DNA of 64,000 nucleotides from Bacteroidota bacterium (GTDB taxonomy: Bacteria; Bacteroidota; Bacteroidia; Bacteroidales; JAAUTT01). Under the pieces are notes generated by a model, which saw only the letters and a program-made list of their open reading frames with translations, ran no database searches and was not told where the DNA came from. The position numbers and the translations under genes were made by a program. The stretch is from the NCBI GenBank assembly GCA_023429135.1, contig JAEYWD010000033.1, positions 372 through 64,371 of the forward strand. Reading direction: 5' to 3'. Positions 9,037 through 19,108 of this stretch are shown one piece after another. Within the stretch, counting starts at the first letter, position 1, and each line of letters starts with the position of its first letter.

Positions 9037-12000
9037 TTATTTCACCACTTTCAACTCCACCCTCCGGTTTAACCCTCTGCCTTCCTCCGTCGTGTTAGTA
9101 GCAACCGGCATCTTTTCACCAAAAAACTTAACAGACAGCTTTTCTTTGGGAGCTCCGTTTTTAACTAGATAATTTATGACAGCAGAGGCTCTGGCTTTGG
9201 ATAGATTAAGGTTGTAAGCTTCAGTTCCTACATCGTCAGTATGACCATGGATTTCGAAGGTATGCTGTGGATATTTCTGTATTAACTCGAGAAGTCTCTT
9301 CAGATCGGTTTGAGAACCTGGCAGGAGAGTGGCTTTGTCGAATTCAAAAAAGATACAGTTAAACCGGATAGTAGCTCCCGGTTTTATTTCGGTGAGATAA
9401 ATATCCCGGTAAATTGTATCTGCTGGTATTTTTTCACTCAGATCGATATTCAGACTTGTAGAGATATAATTTTCCTTTTCGGCAATAATTCCAAAGTTTC
9501 TGTCGGCAATAAGTTTTAATGAATACCGCCCATCGCTTTTTGTGGCCTGTTCTTCCATTATTCTGTCGGAACCCAGATCGGTCTTTTTTACAGTTGCCGC
9601 AACAGGGAGACTATCTGAACTGTTCCTGGTTATTCCGGTGAGGATAATTTCGCGTGGTGCCAGACCTTCTCCTTGCATGATAACTTTATTTTCGTCGTCC
9701 AGGGGCGAAAAAGTAAGGGTAGAGGTTGTTTTACCCCGGGTTACAGGGATAAAACGTATTTGAGCTTTCAGGGTGTCGTCGGGTGCCAGTTTGTATTCCT
9801 GGTCCTTTATTATTTTGAACTGATTTTCGTCCGGGCCACCATTCCTGACATTCCTGATGATCAGTATTTCTTTACTTTTATTAACTAGCACAGGTGCTAA
9901 GGTATCTTTATAATTGCCAACCCGGACTTTTCCAAAATCGAGATAATGAAGAAGAGGAAGAATTTTCTGTTCTATACCTTTTCCAATAATAACTGTGGAG
10001 AACGAGTCGGTAGCTGTATATGTTCTGATGATGGCTCTACGTATTCCTATTTTGGCCGGTTGGAACCTGAATTCCTGGTCGAGCTGCGATTTTGCTTCCA
10101 GCCTGTGAGGAAAAATTTTGGCAACAACCTCGAATTCAGTATCATCCTCACCGGTAACCACAATGCGTCTGATGTTTAACGGATATTTGGTTGTATTCCA
10201 GGCGAATTTTTTGATATTAAGTTCTTTTACACTGTTAACCTGTTGTTCGTTAAACCGGACGGTATCAATTACAGATGGTTTGGGCGATGCAATTGTAAAC
10301 TGTCCTGATATCGCATCTTTCATCACCAGATTTGTTGCCGGGGACCATATTTCAATTCTGTTATCGTCCATCAATGTTGCCAGTTGTAAGCTGGCTGGAT
10401 TGATTACCAAATCACGTATTTTCCGGGAGAATTTGTCCATTACACCCAGAAAGGCTCCGGTTGATGTTTCGTAAATCTCTAGAGTGTTATTTAAAGTCAG
10501 GATATAGACTTTATATTCGTTTGCATCGAATCGGGCAAGGCGGAAGGGTTTACCTCCTAATTTCAGAGTGAATTTTTTTTCAGTGAGATTGTAGATTAGG
10601 AGCGAGTCCTGTTGATTGAAGGCCAGGTAATGCGATTGGGATGAAATCTCATAAGTTTTTGCACTAAGCAGGTTTGATGCGATTTTCCCAGTTGAGCTGT
10701 CAATTAATTTTTTATCGTTTGTAATGAAAAATTTACCACCACCAGTGAATTTCTGAAACTGAAGTTGTGAAATTCTGAAGAGTTCTTTCATTGTTTGAAG
10801 GTCTATCATACAAAGTCCCTGAGGGATTTTGACCAGAGCTTTGGTTCCGTCGGGCGAAATGCTAATACTGCTGATAGTTTCTTTCAACTGCATGGTAGCA
10901 ATTAGTTTGGCAGAATCGGTATTGAACAGTCCAATCACATTCTTATCGGTGAGTGTAATTGTCAACTTCCCTTCAGCAGCGATGGCTGCCCATTTTATAT
11001 CCGGTTGATTAAACAGAAATGCCTTGTTTTCGTACATTCCCGACCAGATTTTTGCATTTTTGGCCGGATCGATGGAAACATTCGCCGGAATTAGTACCTG
11101 CGATCCATCAGGCAAAATTAATGTACCGAAAACCTTTTTCCCTGTTTGCAGGATTCTTCCGGTGAGTCGGTTGTTTTGCAAGTCCCATACAAACGTTTCG
11201 TCTTTGAGGAAAAGATAAAGGAGGTTATTATCGAGGCTTATTACAGCCTTTTTAGCATTGTAGCCACCGAGCGAAGTGATTATTTTTCCGGTTTGAACGT
11301 TCCATGTTTTAGCAAAACCGTTATTATCAGCGGTGATTATCCGTGAACCATCGGGGCTGTAACTCATATTTTCAATAGAAATATTGCTGCCCTCTGTAAA
11401 AGCTGAAATTTCGAGATTTTCATCTGCAAGTTTCAAAGGAGTGAGTTTAACCTGCACTTTTGAGCTTGTGTCGCTGGGAAGATGCCATAAATATTTCAGT
11501 TGACTGGCTTTTTCGATTGTTTTCCAATTGTCTTTTTCTTTCATCCGGTAGCTTATCTCAACAGGTTGTGTCTTTTTTACACCTTCCCAGATGATGCTCG
11601 TATCTTCGCCCACCGAAAAAATCTCTCCGCCCTTTGGAAACACAAGCTTAATCTGCTCTTCGCCCCCTGCAAGCAGGGTTACGCTGACTTCGGGGCATTC
11701 TTCGGTTTTTATCAAAAGTTTGTTTTCGTAGAGACCGGCTTCTGCTGCTGTGAATTTTATTTTTGAATTGAATGTTTCTTCGGGCTTCAACTTGATTGGA
11801 AATTTAATGCTGTCTGCAAGTTTAAATGGAGATTGAGGATCAACTTCGATCGATTTTACTGTTGCAGGAATATTTAACGGTGTCACTCTGAGGCCCTGCA
11901 TTTGCTCCAGACCTACTTTTGCAGCGCCAAACTGAATCAGCGAAGGATTAGCTTCCAATTTCCCCGTTTTTTCCGCCGGAACATCATAATCGAATTCCAG

Positions 12001-12876
12001 GAGGGAACTTTTGTACTTAAACTGAACGGGTTTGGTGATTTCACAATTGAGTTTCGACAGCCACCGGATAGTTCCATAGTCGGTGCATTCCAGTTCCTTA
12101 AAAATTACTGAAGCTGCTTGCCGGAACTGACTTTTTGTTCCAATTCTTTCAAACGATTTGCCATTGGTTTTTTCGGTAAGTGCATTCAAATCCTTTGGGA
12201 TGGATAGAACTACATTCAACGCATACACTGTGGCCGACATTTTATTTGCCACAGAAGCAATTTTTTCTGTATCGGTGGCTCCCAAACCATCGGTAACAAA
12301 AACCACCACCTTCTTGTTTTTTGCGCCTTCACCAATGGCAAGAGCTCCCTGATAAGGATTCAGGAATGCATTGTCGAAATTTGTGCCGTTGATGTTTTGC
12401 AGACGATTTAAAGCGGAGATGAGTCTGTTTTTGCTTTGGGTGAAATCGGTGTAAACGTAAGACTCATCACTAAAACAGGCAATTGCCACTTCAGAGGTTT
12501 CTAAAGGGATTTGATCAATAAAATCAACCAGACCTTCTTTAACAAGATCTAGTCTTTTTCCCTGCATGGATAAAGAAATATCAATCATAATTACAACCGA
12601 AACAGGCTGGTAATTATGTTTGGGATTTATAACCTCAAGAATTTTATTTTGATGATTATTTTCGGAAATTGAAAAATCTTCGATAGTGGAGTTATATATC
12701 TTCATTCCCTCCGTGGTGGTTGCTACAAAGCCAGCTTCAATTTCGGGATAATTGTCGGTGTTGAGATAAGTGATTCTGATGTTTTGAGCGTTCAGAATTA
12801 TGGGAAAAAGGCTTATAACAAAGGCAGGAATTGCATTTTTGATCAGGTTGAAAACAGACACCTGTTTAAGATTCAT
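9037..12876 (-). CDS. large secreted multidomain protein: vWA + beta-propeller-like repeats + OmpA-like C-terminal domain
   Basis: 1279 aa. Domains in order: signal peptide; vWA MIDAS (VVIMIDISLSMQG ... VVVFVTDG); a central WD40/PD40-like segment (SPDGSRIITADNNGFAKTWNVQTGK); a CarboxypepD_reg-like segment. The C-terminus is OmpA-like (FEFDKATLLP...IEIHGHTDDVGTEAYNLNLSKARASAV..YL...G...RRVELKV). Confidence 0.8.
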   Translation of the reverse strand: MNLKQVSVFNLIKNAIPAFVISLFPIILNAQNIRITYLNTDNYPEIEAGFVATTTEGMKIYNSTIEDFSISENNHQNKILEVINPKHNYQPVSVVIMIDISLSMQGKRLDLVKEGLVDFIDQIPLETSEVAIACFSDESYVYTDFTQSKNRLISALNRLQNINGTNFDNAFLNPYQGALAIGEGAKNKKVVVFVTDGLGATDTEKIASVANKMSATVYALNVVLSIPKDLNALTEKTNGKSFERIGTKSQFRQAASVIFKELECTDYGTIRWLSKLNCEITKPVQFKYKSSLLEFDYDVPAEKTGKLEANPSLIQFGAAKVGLEQMQGLRVTPLNIPATVKSIEVDPQSPFKLADSIKFPIKLKPEETFNSKIKFTAAEAGLYENKLLIKTEECPEVSVTLLAGGEEQIKLVFPKGGEIFSVGEDTSIIWEGVKKTQPVEISYRMKEKDNWKTIEKASQLKYLWHLPSDTSSKVQVKLTPLKLADENLEISAFTEGSNISIENMSYSPDGSRIITADNNGFAKTWNVQTGKIITSLGGYNAKKAVISLDNNLLYLFLKDETFVWDLQNNRLTGRILQTGKKVFGTLILPDGSQVLIPANVSIDPAKNAKIWSGMYENKAFLFNQPDIKWAAIAAEGKLTITLTDKNVIGLFNTDSAKLIATMQLKETISSISISPDGTKALVKIPQGLCMIDLQTMKELFRISQLQFQKFTGGGKFFITNDKKLIDSSTGKIASNLLSAKTYEISSQSHYLAFNQQDSLLIYNLTEKKFTLKLGGKPFRLARFDANEYKVYILTLNNTLEIYETSTGAFLGVMDKFSRKIRDLVINPASLQLATLMDDNRIEIWSPATNLVMKDAISGQFTIASPKPSVIDTVRFNEQQVNSVKELNIKKFAWNTTKYPLNIRRIVVTGEDDTEFEVVAKIFPHRLEAKSQLDQEFRFQPAKIGIRRAIIRTYTATDSFSTVIIGKGIEQKILPLLHYLDFGKVRVGNYKDTLAPVLVNKSKEILIIRNVRNGGPDENQFKIIKDQEYKLAPDDTLKAQIRFIPVTRGKTTSTLTFSPLDDENKVIMQGEGLAPREIILTGITRNSSDSLPVAATVKKTDLGSDRIMEEQATKSDGRYSLKLIADRNFGIIAEKENYISTSLNIDLSEKIPADTIYRDIYLTEIKPGATIRFNCIFFEFDKATLLPGSQTDLKRLLELIQKYPQHTFEIHGHTDDVGTEAYNLNLSKARASAVINYLVKNGAPKEKLSVKFFGEKMPVATNTTEEGRGLNRRVELKVVK

Positions 12877-13187
12877 GAAGATAGGTTGTAAATGGTTAAG
12901 AACCTTAAATTAACGCTTTTTTGGTTGAGAAATTTTGTTTAGGGGAAATCTTTTTGAAATTCATCAGTAAACAACAGAATAGAATTGCAATTCATTATTG
13001 TCACTTAATGCAACCTCTACAAGTTTGTACGGAAATGACTATCTGGCTATTCTACAATCATGTAACGCCTACAGCGTTATTAGCCCAAAATTATATTCCG
13101 AAAACTATCATAGTGATTACAACCACTAAAGAATTTTTCTCCGCGACCTTTGCGCCTTCTCTGCGTTCTCTGCCTCCTTCTTTAAAC

Positions 13188-13214
13188 AAAAAAAAGCGCA
13201 GCTTTAAGCCGCGC
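13188..13214 (-). terminator. rho-independent terminator downstream of the CHRD gene
   Basis: The minus strand reads GCGCGGC-TTAAA-GCTGCGC followed by T8. Confidence 0.65.
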
Positions 13215-13245
13215 CTTCATCTTGATAATCGGAAATTTAAAAAAG

Positions 13246-14082
13246 TTATCTTATCTGCCCTCGGAGTAACTCGTTAGCAATCTGCTGACTGTTTACCGAA
13301 ACATATACTTCCATATTTTGCAGGAAGTTTGCTTGCGACGAAGTCAGCTTCAGGCTTTTCGCTGTGTTGTAATCGGCCGATCCACTATAAAGCGGAATAA
13401 CAACAGGCCCAACAATTCCTGTCTGGCCTACATTTATCTGCGCTGCAGTCAGGATATCGCCTGTGGTTAGGTTATTCACCGAAACTTTATAATGCAGGGT
13501 CGAATCCTTTGTCATCCTCAGAATGGCAGTTCCGGTTTCGGGCCGGAGGGTGTTAGTCATAGGTGTTAAATCTACATTCTGGGCAAAAATCATTTCCTTA
13601 TCAATTTCACCTCTTAAAAGTCCTAACGGAAGCTTTGTAGAATGTATGTTTACGTAAAAATTACCACCATCTTTCACAGCAGCAAATTGACTTGCATTAA
13701 GTTTTAAAGTGCCCGATGCGCTGGTTCCCTGGAATTTTACCGAGCTGTTATCAACAAGGGTGATAATAGGAGGGCCCGATTCTACCGGACTTCCAGTATG
13801 AATATGTGCCATGGTCAACTGATCGGTGGCATCAAAATTAGAAACGGTAAGATTGAATGACAGCGAGCTGTCCTTCATCAGCTTCAGGTTGGCGGTCCCT
13901 TTTTCATTCCGGTTCATCACCGTTGGAATTTCTTGCTTGGTGTCCATCTTAATATTACGCTCTTTTACAAGGTTATCATCTCCGTCATCGTCATTACAGG
14001 AGATTGAAAATGCCATTAGCAGCGCCAAGCCGAATACTGCTAAGAAATTTTTTGAGCGTTTAAATTTAGGTGTGTGTGTCAT
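13246..14082 (-). CDS. CHRD domain-containing lipoprotein (two CHRD repeats)
   Basis: 278 aa with a lipoprotein signal (LLMAFSISC) and two copies of the CHRD pattern (AHIHTGSPVESGP ... LRGEI; AQINVGQTGIVGP ... LRGQI). Confidence 0.7.
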   Translation of the reverse strand: MTHTPKFKRSKNFLAVFGLALLMAFSISCNDDDGDDNLVKERNIKMDTKQEIPTVMNRNEKGTANLKLMKDSSLSFNLTVSNFDATDQLTMAHIHTGSPVESGPPIITLVDNSSVKFQGTSASGTLKLNASQFAAVKDGGNFYVNIHSTKLPLGLLRGEIDKEMIFAQNVDLTPMTNTLRPETGTAILRMTKDSTLHYKVSVNNLTTGDILTAAQINVGQTGIVGPVVIPLYSGSADYNTAKSLKLTSSQANFLQNMEVYVSVNSQQIANELLRGQIR

Positions 14083-14128
14083 AATTCTGATTTTTAAAGA
14101 TTTAGATTAAATATAATAGGGTGACAAC

Positions 14129-14175
14129 AAAAAAGAGGTTGTCTCAGTCCTGGCGGACTTTATCGAGACAACCTC
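14129..14175 (-). terminator. rho-independent terminator (minus strand) downstream of a 36-codon ORF
   Basis: The arms gaggttgtctc (14135-14145) and gagacaacctc (14165-14175) pair. An inner stem agtcc/ggact also forms. A T6 run follows on the minus strand (A-run 14129-14134). Confidence 0.55.
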
Positions 14176-14201
14176 ATTCAACCATGAAAACATTTATTTA
14201 A

Positions 14202-14312
14202 CTATTTGTTATTGCCTTTTAACTCATCATTTTTGGTGTTCTTCTGAGAACTACTCATATTGCCTCTTTCCTTATTGGTGTGGCCTTTCTGAGTGCTTTT
14301 TGTGTTTGCCAT
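14202..14312 (-). CDS. possible small hydrophilic protein (36 aa); below the ORF-track length cut-off
   Basis: My translation: MANTKSTQKGHTNKERGNMSSSQKNTKNDELKGNNK. It has an ATG start and a TAG stop, and the terminator at 14129-14175 follows directly. No homology support. Confidence 0.3.
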   Translation of the reverse strand: MANTKSTQKGHTNKERGNMSSSQKNTKNDELKGNNK

Positions 14313-14634
14313 AATTTCAAATTTAATGGGTTACATCAGGTATCACTTCAAATCCGTGCCAATTGGTAAGTGTTTGATTTTATGTACTGTGCGTTTTTTG
14401 ACAAATCTACCCTGGGGTTATTATTGGTCATAATTGGGGTAACGAATCCACAGAAAAACTGATGTTCCTAGTGGCTTGGAGACCTCGACACAAAAGAGAA
14501 AGCAAAGGCACAAAAACACAAAAAATTCACTAAAAGAAAAACGTTCATAATCCTGAGAGTTGCAGAATCATTGAAGGAATTGAAATTATTTTTATATTAC
14601 ACCTTTTCTGAACGACGATAATTTAATCAAATAT

Positions 14635-16881
14635 ATGAGCCATTACGATTGGGAAAGAGATGATGAAAAGGATGAGGATGCGGAAAAACCGGCTCTTTTT
14701 AGCTCCGACGATGAACTTCCTCCCTTCCTGCAGGAGAAGGAAGATCTGCTGAATAGTTTTCTGAGCAATATTGTTGTCAGCAAAACTCCACCGAAACCAG
14801 TAATACCTGAAGATTACAATAATTTGCAGCATATTTCGCCCGATGTGTATTCGGCTTTAGCCATGCCAACGCATCTTGAGCAGAAAATAATACAACTGCG
14901 AAAGATTACCGATGCTATTGAAAAGAAGAATATCGACCTGAAGGCGCTATCGACACTCGATTTTTCCAAATTCAAGGTAAAATACGATAAATGTCTCAAT
15001 CCGGCCCAGCTTGCCGGAGCGGTGCTTACCGAAAAACCAATTCTTTGCATTGCTGGTGCCGGTAGTGGAAAAACAAGGGTAATAGTACACCGGGTTTCGT
15101 ACCTCATCGAGAAAGGTGTGGATCCTCAGTCCATTCTGCTGCTTACCTTCACTCGCAAAGCTGCCAACGAAATGCTGCAAAGGGTTGAAACCCTGCTGAA
15201 AGATAAAAACGTTTCGAAAGTTACCGGCGGAACTTTCCATTCCTTTGCAAGCTTTGTGCTTCGGAAGTACGGCAATATGCTGCAACTTCCGCCAAATTTC
15301 ACTATTATCGACAATGGCGATTCCGAAGATATCATCGACCTTATCCGGTCCGAACTTAAATTTAACAGCAAGGACAAGCGTTTCCCGAAGAAGGGCCGCA
15401 TTTACGATATCATTTCCTATTCGCGCAACAAGAAAAGCACGGTTTCAGAAATCATTAAAAAACAATACAGCGGTCTGGAAGAATACATTCAGGCTATTGA
15501 ATTAATTTATTCGGGCTATACAAGGTATAAAAAGATTAGCCAGATTTTCGATTTCGACGACCTGATGGATGTTTTAAACGAATCGCTTAAAAATAACCAG
15601 CGATTCCGCGAAGTCATGCAAAATGCCTTCCAATATGTGATGGTCGACGAGTTTCAGGATACCAACGTGGTGCAGAATGAAATTGTAAACCAGATTGCCG
15701 CAAAGCATCGCCGTATTATGGTGGTGGGCGACGATTCGCAAAGTATTTATGCTTTCCGCGGCGCTGAGTACGAAAATATTCTACGTTTTCCCGAAATTTA
15801 TCCCGATTGCCTGGTGGTCAAAATCGAGGAAAACTACCGCAGCAACCAGCATATTTTGGATTTCACAAACAGTATTATCGACAACGCTGTGGTGGGTTAC
15901 CGTAAAAAGCTTTTCACCAAAAATAAGAATAAGCATCTGCCGGTTATAAAACGTACCTATAACCAGGAAGACGAGGCCGTGTTTATTGTCGACCGCATAA
16001 TGGAACTCAGCGAGCAAGGAGTTGCCCTGGATCAGATGGCAATCCTCAACCGCGCCGACTGGCACAACCGTTATATTCAGGCCGAGTTGAACAAGCGGGG
16101 AATACCTTATGTAGTTGTTGGAGGCTTCAAATTTAACGAGCGTATGCATATCCGCGACATGGTGGCATATTTACGCCTCACGTTTAATCCGGCCGATGCT
16201 GTTTCGTGGCACCGTGTTCTAAAGTATATAGGCGGAATTGGTCAGGTTACGGCCAGTAGTCTTATTGCAACCCTTCAACGGTCGAGTAACTTTGAATTCG
16301 AAGCCTTTAAGCAGCGAAAGTTTTATCTGGAGTTGCTCGAATTGGGTAAAATGCTGTCGAAAGCCAGTCAGCCAGAGTTTACGCTTACCCAGAAGATTGA
16401 AATCATCCGCGACTATTATGCACCACTGTTAAAAGCCAGAGAAGAGGATTATCTCACCCGTATGCAGGATGTGGAAGTACTTCTCGATTTATCGCGCAAA
16501 TACCGCAACCTTGATAACTTTCTAAGCGATTTCGCACTTGATCCGCCTTCGAACCGAATGGCCGATCAGTCGCGTCCATTTATCAACGAAGGGGAGGAGG
16601 CTGGAAAGTTAACCATCAGCACGGTTCATTCGGCCAAGGGATTGGAATGGTATGCTGTTTTTATTCCTCATGCACTCGATGGAATGTTTCCCTCGAACAG
16701 AGCTGTGAATGTTGAGGATATGGAAGAAGAGCGCCGCTTGTTTTACGTGGCTTGCAGCAGGGCCAAGGAAGAACTTTATATAACTTTCCCGCGCAATGTA
16801 TTTGCCTACGATGCATTTTTTCATTTACCTTCGCGATTTTTAATCGGCATCGAAAGGGAAAAGTATATCTTTGAACATTAA
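14635..16881 (+). CDS. UvrD/Rep/PcrA-family (SF1) ATP-dependent DNA helicase with an acidic N-terminal extension
   Basis: 748 aa with Walker A (AGAGSGKTRV), motif II (VMVDEFQDTN), MVVGDDSQSIYAFRGA, TVHSAKGLEW and YVACSRAKEEL. Confidence 0.9.
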   Translation: MSHYDWERDDEKDEDAEKPALFSSDDELPPFLQEKEDLLNSFLSNIVVSKTPPKPVIPEDYNNLQHISPDVYSALAMPTHLEQKIIQLRKITDAIEKKNIDLKALSTLDFSKFKVKYDKCLNPAQLAGAVLTEKPILCIAGAGSGKTRVIVHRVSYLIEKGVDPQSILLLTFTRKAANEMLQRVETLLKDKNVSKVTGGTFHSFASFVLRKYGNMLQLPPNFTIIDNGDSEDIIDLIRSELKFNSKDKRFPKKGRIYDIISYSRNKKSTVSEIIKKQYSGLEEYIQAIELIYSGYTRYKKISQIFDFDDLMDVLNESLKNNQRFREVMQNAFQYVMVDEFQDTNVVQNEIVNQIAAKHRRIMVVGDDSQSIYAFRGAEYENILRFPEIYPDCLVVKIEENYRSNQHILDFTNSIIDNAVVGYRKKLFTKNKNKHLPVIKRTYNQEDEAVFIVDRIMELSEQGVALDQMAILNRADWHNRYIQAELNKRGIPYVVVGGFKFNERMHIRDMVAYLRLTFNPADAVSWHRVLKYIGGIGQVTASSLIATLQRSSNFEFEAFKQRKFYLELLELGKMLSKASQPEFTLTQKIEIIRDYYAPLLKAREEDYLTRMQDVEVLLDLSRKYRNLDNFLSDFALDPPSNRMADQSRPFINEGEEAGKLTISTVHSAKGLEWYAVFIPHALDGMFPSNRAVNVEDMEEERRLFYVACSRAKEELYITFPRNVFAYDAFFHLPSRFLIGIEREKYIFEH

Positions 16882-16893
16882 TTCATTAAATAT

Positions 16894-17313
16894 ATGGCAA
16901 CCATCGTTTTAAATGATCAATCGGTTCATCCCAGTGATGAAATTGTTTTTTCTTTTATTGGAGAAAATAAAGTTTTGTGGAAAATGCTTCATCAGAAACT
17001 TAATGAGGAGCATAAAGATATTTCGACAGAATGGAGATATTATAACGATGGAAAAAGTTGGTTATACCGTGGCCTGAAAAAGGATAAGGTTGTATTTTGG
17101 GTTGGGGTTTTTCAGGACTATTTCAATGTTACCTTTTATTTAAGCAAAAAGGCCGAAGAGCTCATCGCAAACAGCGAATTGCCTGTTAAAATGAAACAGG
17201 ATTTTGAAGATACAAAAGATCAGAAATTTAGGGCTATACAGGTAGCCGTTTCAAATGAAACCGATATTGAAAATATTCTGAAGCTTATTAAAATCAAGCT
17301 GAAGGTTAAATAG
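16894..17313 (+). CDS. DUF3788-like hypothetical protein
   Basis: 139 aa. The pattern ...W(K/R)YYNDGKSWL(Y/F)R.LKK.K..FW..V..D.F.V.FY.. matches my memory of the DUF3788 family. Confidence 0.6.
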   Translation: MATIVLNDQSVHPSDEIVFSFIGENKVLWKMLHQKLNEEHKDISTEWRYYNDGKSWLYRGLKKDKVVFWVGVFQDYFNVTFYLSKKAEELIANSELPVKMKQDFEDTKDQKFRAIQVAVSNETDIENILKLIKIKLKVK

Positions 17314-17320
17314 GAGATAA

Positions 17321-17986
17321 ATGATAGGTGCGGTAATTTTTGACATGGACGGGGTGATTATCGACTCGGAACCTTTATGGGTCGAAGCGCAGAAGGAGAT
17401 ATTTACTGATCTGGGTGTTGAGTATAGTGAAGAACTAGCCACCAAAACTGTTGGCATAGGCACCTATGACACCATCGATTTCTGGTACCGTCAGAAACAA
17501 TGGGAGGGTGTAAGCTTCCAGGAAGTTGAAGAAAGAATTCTGGCCAACATGCGGGTTCTTATCCGTGAAAAGGGAAAGATGATGAACGGTTTGAAAGAAG
17601 TTCTCGAATATTTCAGGTCAAAAGGTTTGAAAATAGCTTTGGCTTCTGGTTCGCCGCTTTCTATTATCAACCAGGTGGTAGATCAGCTTAAAATTCGCGA
17701 TTATTTTGAAGTAATTCACAGCATCGACTTTGAAGAATATGGAAAACCGCACCCGGCTATATTTCTCTCGGTTTCCCGCAAATTTGAAGTTGAGCCTTTA
17801 AAATGTCTCGTAATTGAAGACTCATTCAATGGCCTTATTGCAGCCAAAGCAGCCCGGATGAAAGCTGTGGCATATCTCCCGAACGGTGAATTTAATAATA
17901 CCCGGTTCGACTTCGCCGACCTAAAGCTGAAGTCGTTTACCGAGTTTAATGATACATATTTTAATTATCTACAAAATCTGATTTAA
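17321..17986 (+). CDS. HAD-superfamily hydrolase (sugar-phosphatase / beta-phosphoglucomutase-like, subfamily IA)
   Basis: 221 aa with motif I (VIFDMDGVIIDSE), motif II (ALASGS), a K-containing motif III and VIEDSFNGLIAAKAA. Confidence 0.85.
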   Translation: MIGAVIFDMDGVIIDSEPLWVEAQKEIFTDLGVEYSEELATKTVGIGTYDTIDFWYRQKQWEGVSFQEVEERILANMRVLIREKGKMMNGLKEVLEYFRSKGLKIALASGSPLSIINQVVDQLKIRDYFEVIHSIDFEEYGKPHPAIFLSVSRKFEVEPLKCLVIEDSFNGLIAAKAARMKAVAYLPNGEFNNTRFDFADLKLKSFTEFNDTYFNYLQNLI

Positions 17987-17987
17987 A

Positions 17988-18920
17988 ATGAGTGAATGGG
18001 TAAAGGTTTTTTCTCCTGCTACGGTATCCAACGTAGGTCCTGGTTTCGATGTGCTTGGTTTTGCTATTGATGCGCCAGGCGATGAACTAATTGTGAGGAA
18101 GAATAAAACCGGGAAATTCCATATAGTCAACGAAACTGATATTGGCCTGCCCCTTGAGCCCGATAAAAATGTTGCTACAGTTGCTGTAAAAGCAATGCTA
18201 AGTGAGCTGAAATCCGATCAGGGCTTTGATATTGTTTTTACCCGAAAAATTTATCCCGGCAGTGGAATTGGTTCCAGTGCTGCCAGCTCGGTAGGTGCAG
18301 TTTTTGGCGTAAACGAGCTGTTAGGAAGTCCTTTCCAGCGCAAGGACATGGTGAAATTTGCCATGCAGGGCGAAGTGATCGCCTGCGGATCGGCTCATGC
18401 CGATAATACTGCCCCGGCAATGATGGGCGGTTTTATTCTGGTTCAGAGTTATAATCCGCTTACCATTTGTCCCATACCCAGCCCGGCGAATATGTTTTGC
18501 ACCGTAATCCATCCCGAGATAGAAGTTAAAACCGCCGATGCCCGTAAAATTCTCAAAAAAACAGTTACTCTTCGTGCAGCCATAACCCAGTGGGGTAATC
18601 TTGCAGGTCTGGTTGCAGGTTTGATGCAAAGCGATTTCAATTTGATATCTTCCTCTTTAAAAGATGTAATTGTGGAACCCGTGCGTTCCATCCTTATCCC
18701 TAAGTTTAACGATGTACAAAAGGCGGCCATTGACGCCGGAGCCCTAGGTTGCTCTATTTCCGGTTCGGGACCATCCATATTTGCGCTATCGAATAAAAAA
18801 GAAACCGCCGAAAGTATTGCCCGCATTATGCAGGATACCTTTGCAAGCATCCATATAGGGAGTAAAGTTTTTGTATCGCAGGTAAATCCGGTTGGTGTGA
18901 AGGTGGTTGAAAAGGGTTGA
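17988..18920 (+). CDS. thrB: homoserine kinase
   Basis: 310 aa with the GHMP kinase motif (IYPGSGIGSSAASSV), an N-terminal VFSPATVSNVGPGFD, and a position directly upstream of thrC. Confidence 0.9.
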   Translation: MSEWVKVFSPATVSNVGPGFDVLGFAIDAPGDELIVRKNKTGKFHIVNETDIGLPLEPDKNVATVAVKAMLSELKSDQGFDIVFTRKIYPGSGIGSSAASSVGAVFGVNELLGSPFQRKDMVKFAMQGEVIACGSAHADNTAPAMMGGFILVQSYNPLTICPIPSPANMFCTVIHPEIEVKTADARKILKKTVTLRAAITQWGNLAGLVAGLMQSDFNLISSSLKDVIVEPVRSILIPKFNDVQKAAIDAGALGCSISGSGPSIFALSNKKETAESIARIMQDTFASIHIGSKVFVSQVNPVGVKVVEKG

Positions 18921-19108
18921 TGGGTACTTAGGGTGAGGTCTTTAATGCAAGTTCATGAATTTGTAGATATTCATAAGTCTTTCTTATTTAGAAGAAATTA
19001 CCCGCTCTAAATCATGTTTGTTAGTTCTTAAGATTTGCTTCTTTTTTTAAAGCTATAATTCGTATATTCGCCGCTTGATTAAACTGAACGGGCATAAAAT
19101 ATTACAAA

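Noticed and set aside
10565-10580. An A8/T8 run inside the vWA-OmpA gene as a phase-variation site
   Set aside because: The tract is shorter than usually needed for efficient slippage and lies deep inside the gene. There is no supporting feature, so I do not consider it reportable without population data.
12921-13277. 118-aa plus-strand ORF in the intergenic region between the vWA-OmpA gene and the CHRD gene
   Set aside because: It has a TTG start and a low-complexity product. It runs through the minus-strand terminator at 13188-13214 and into the CHRD gene 3' end. There is no family resemblance.
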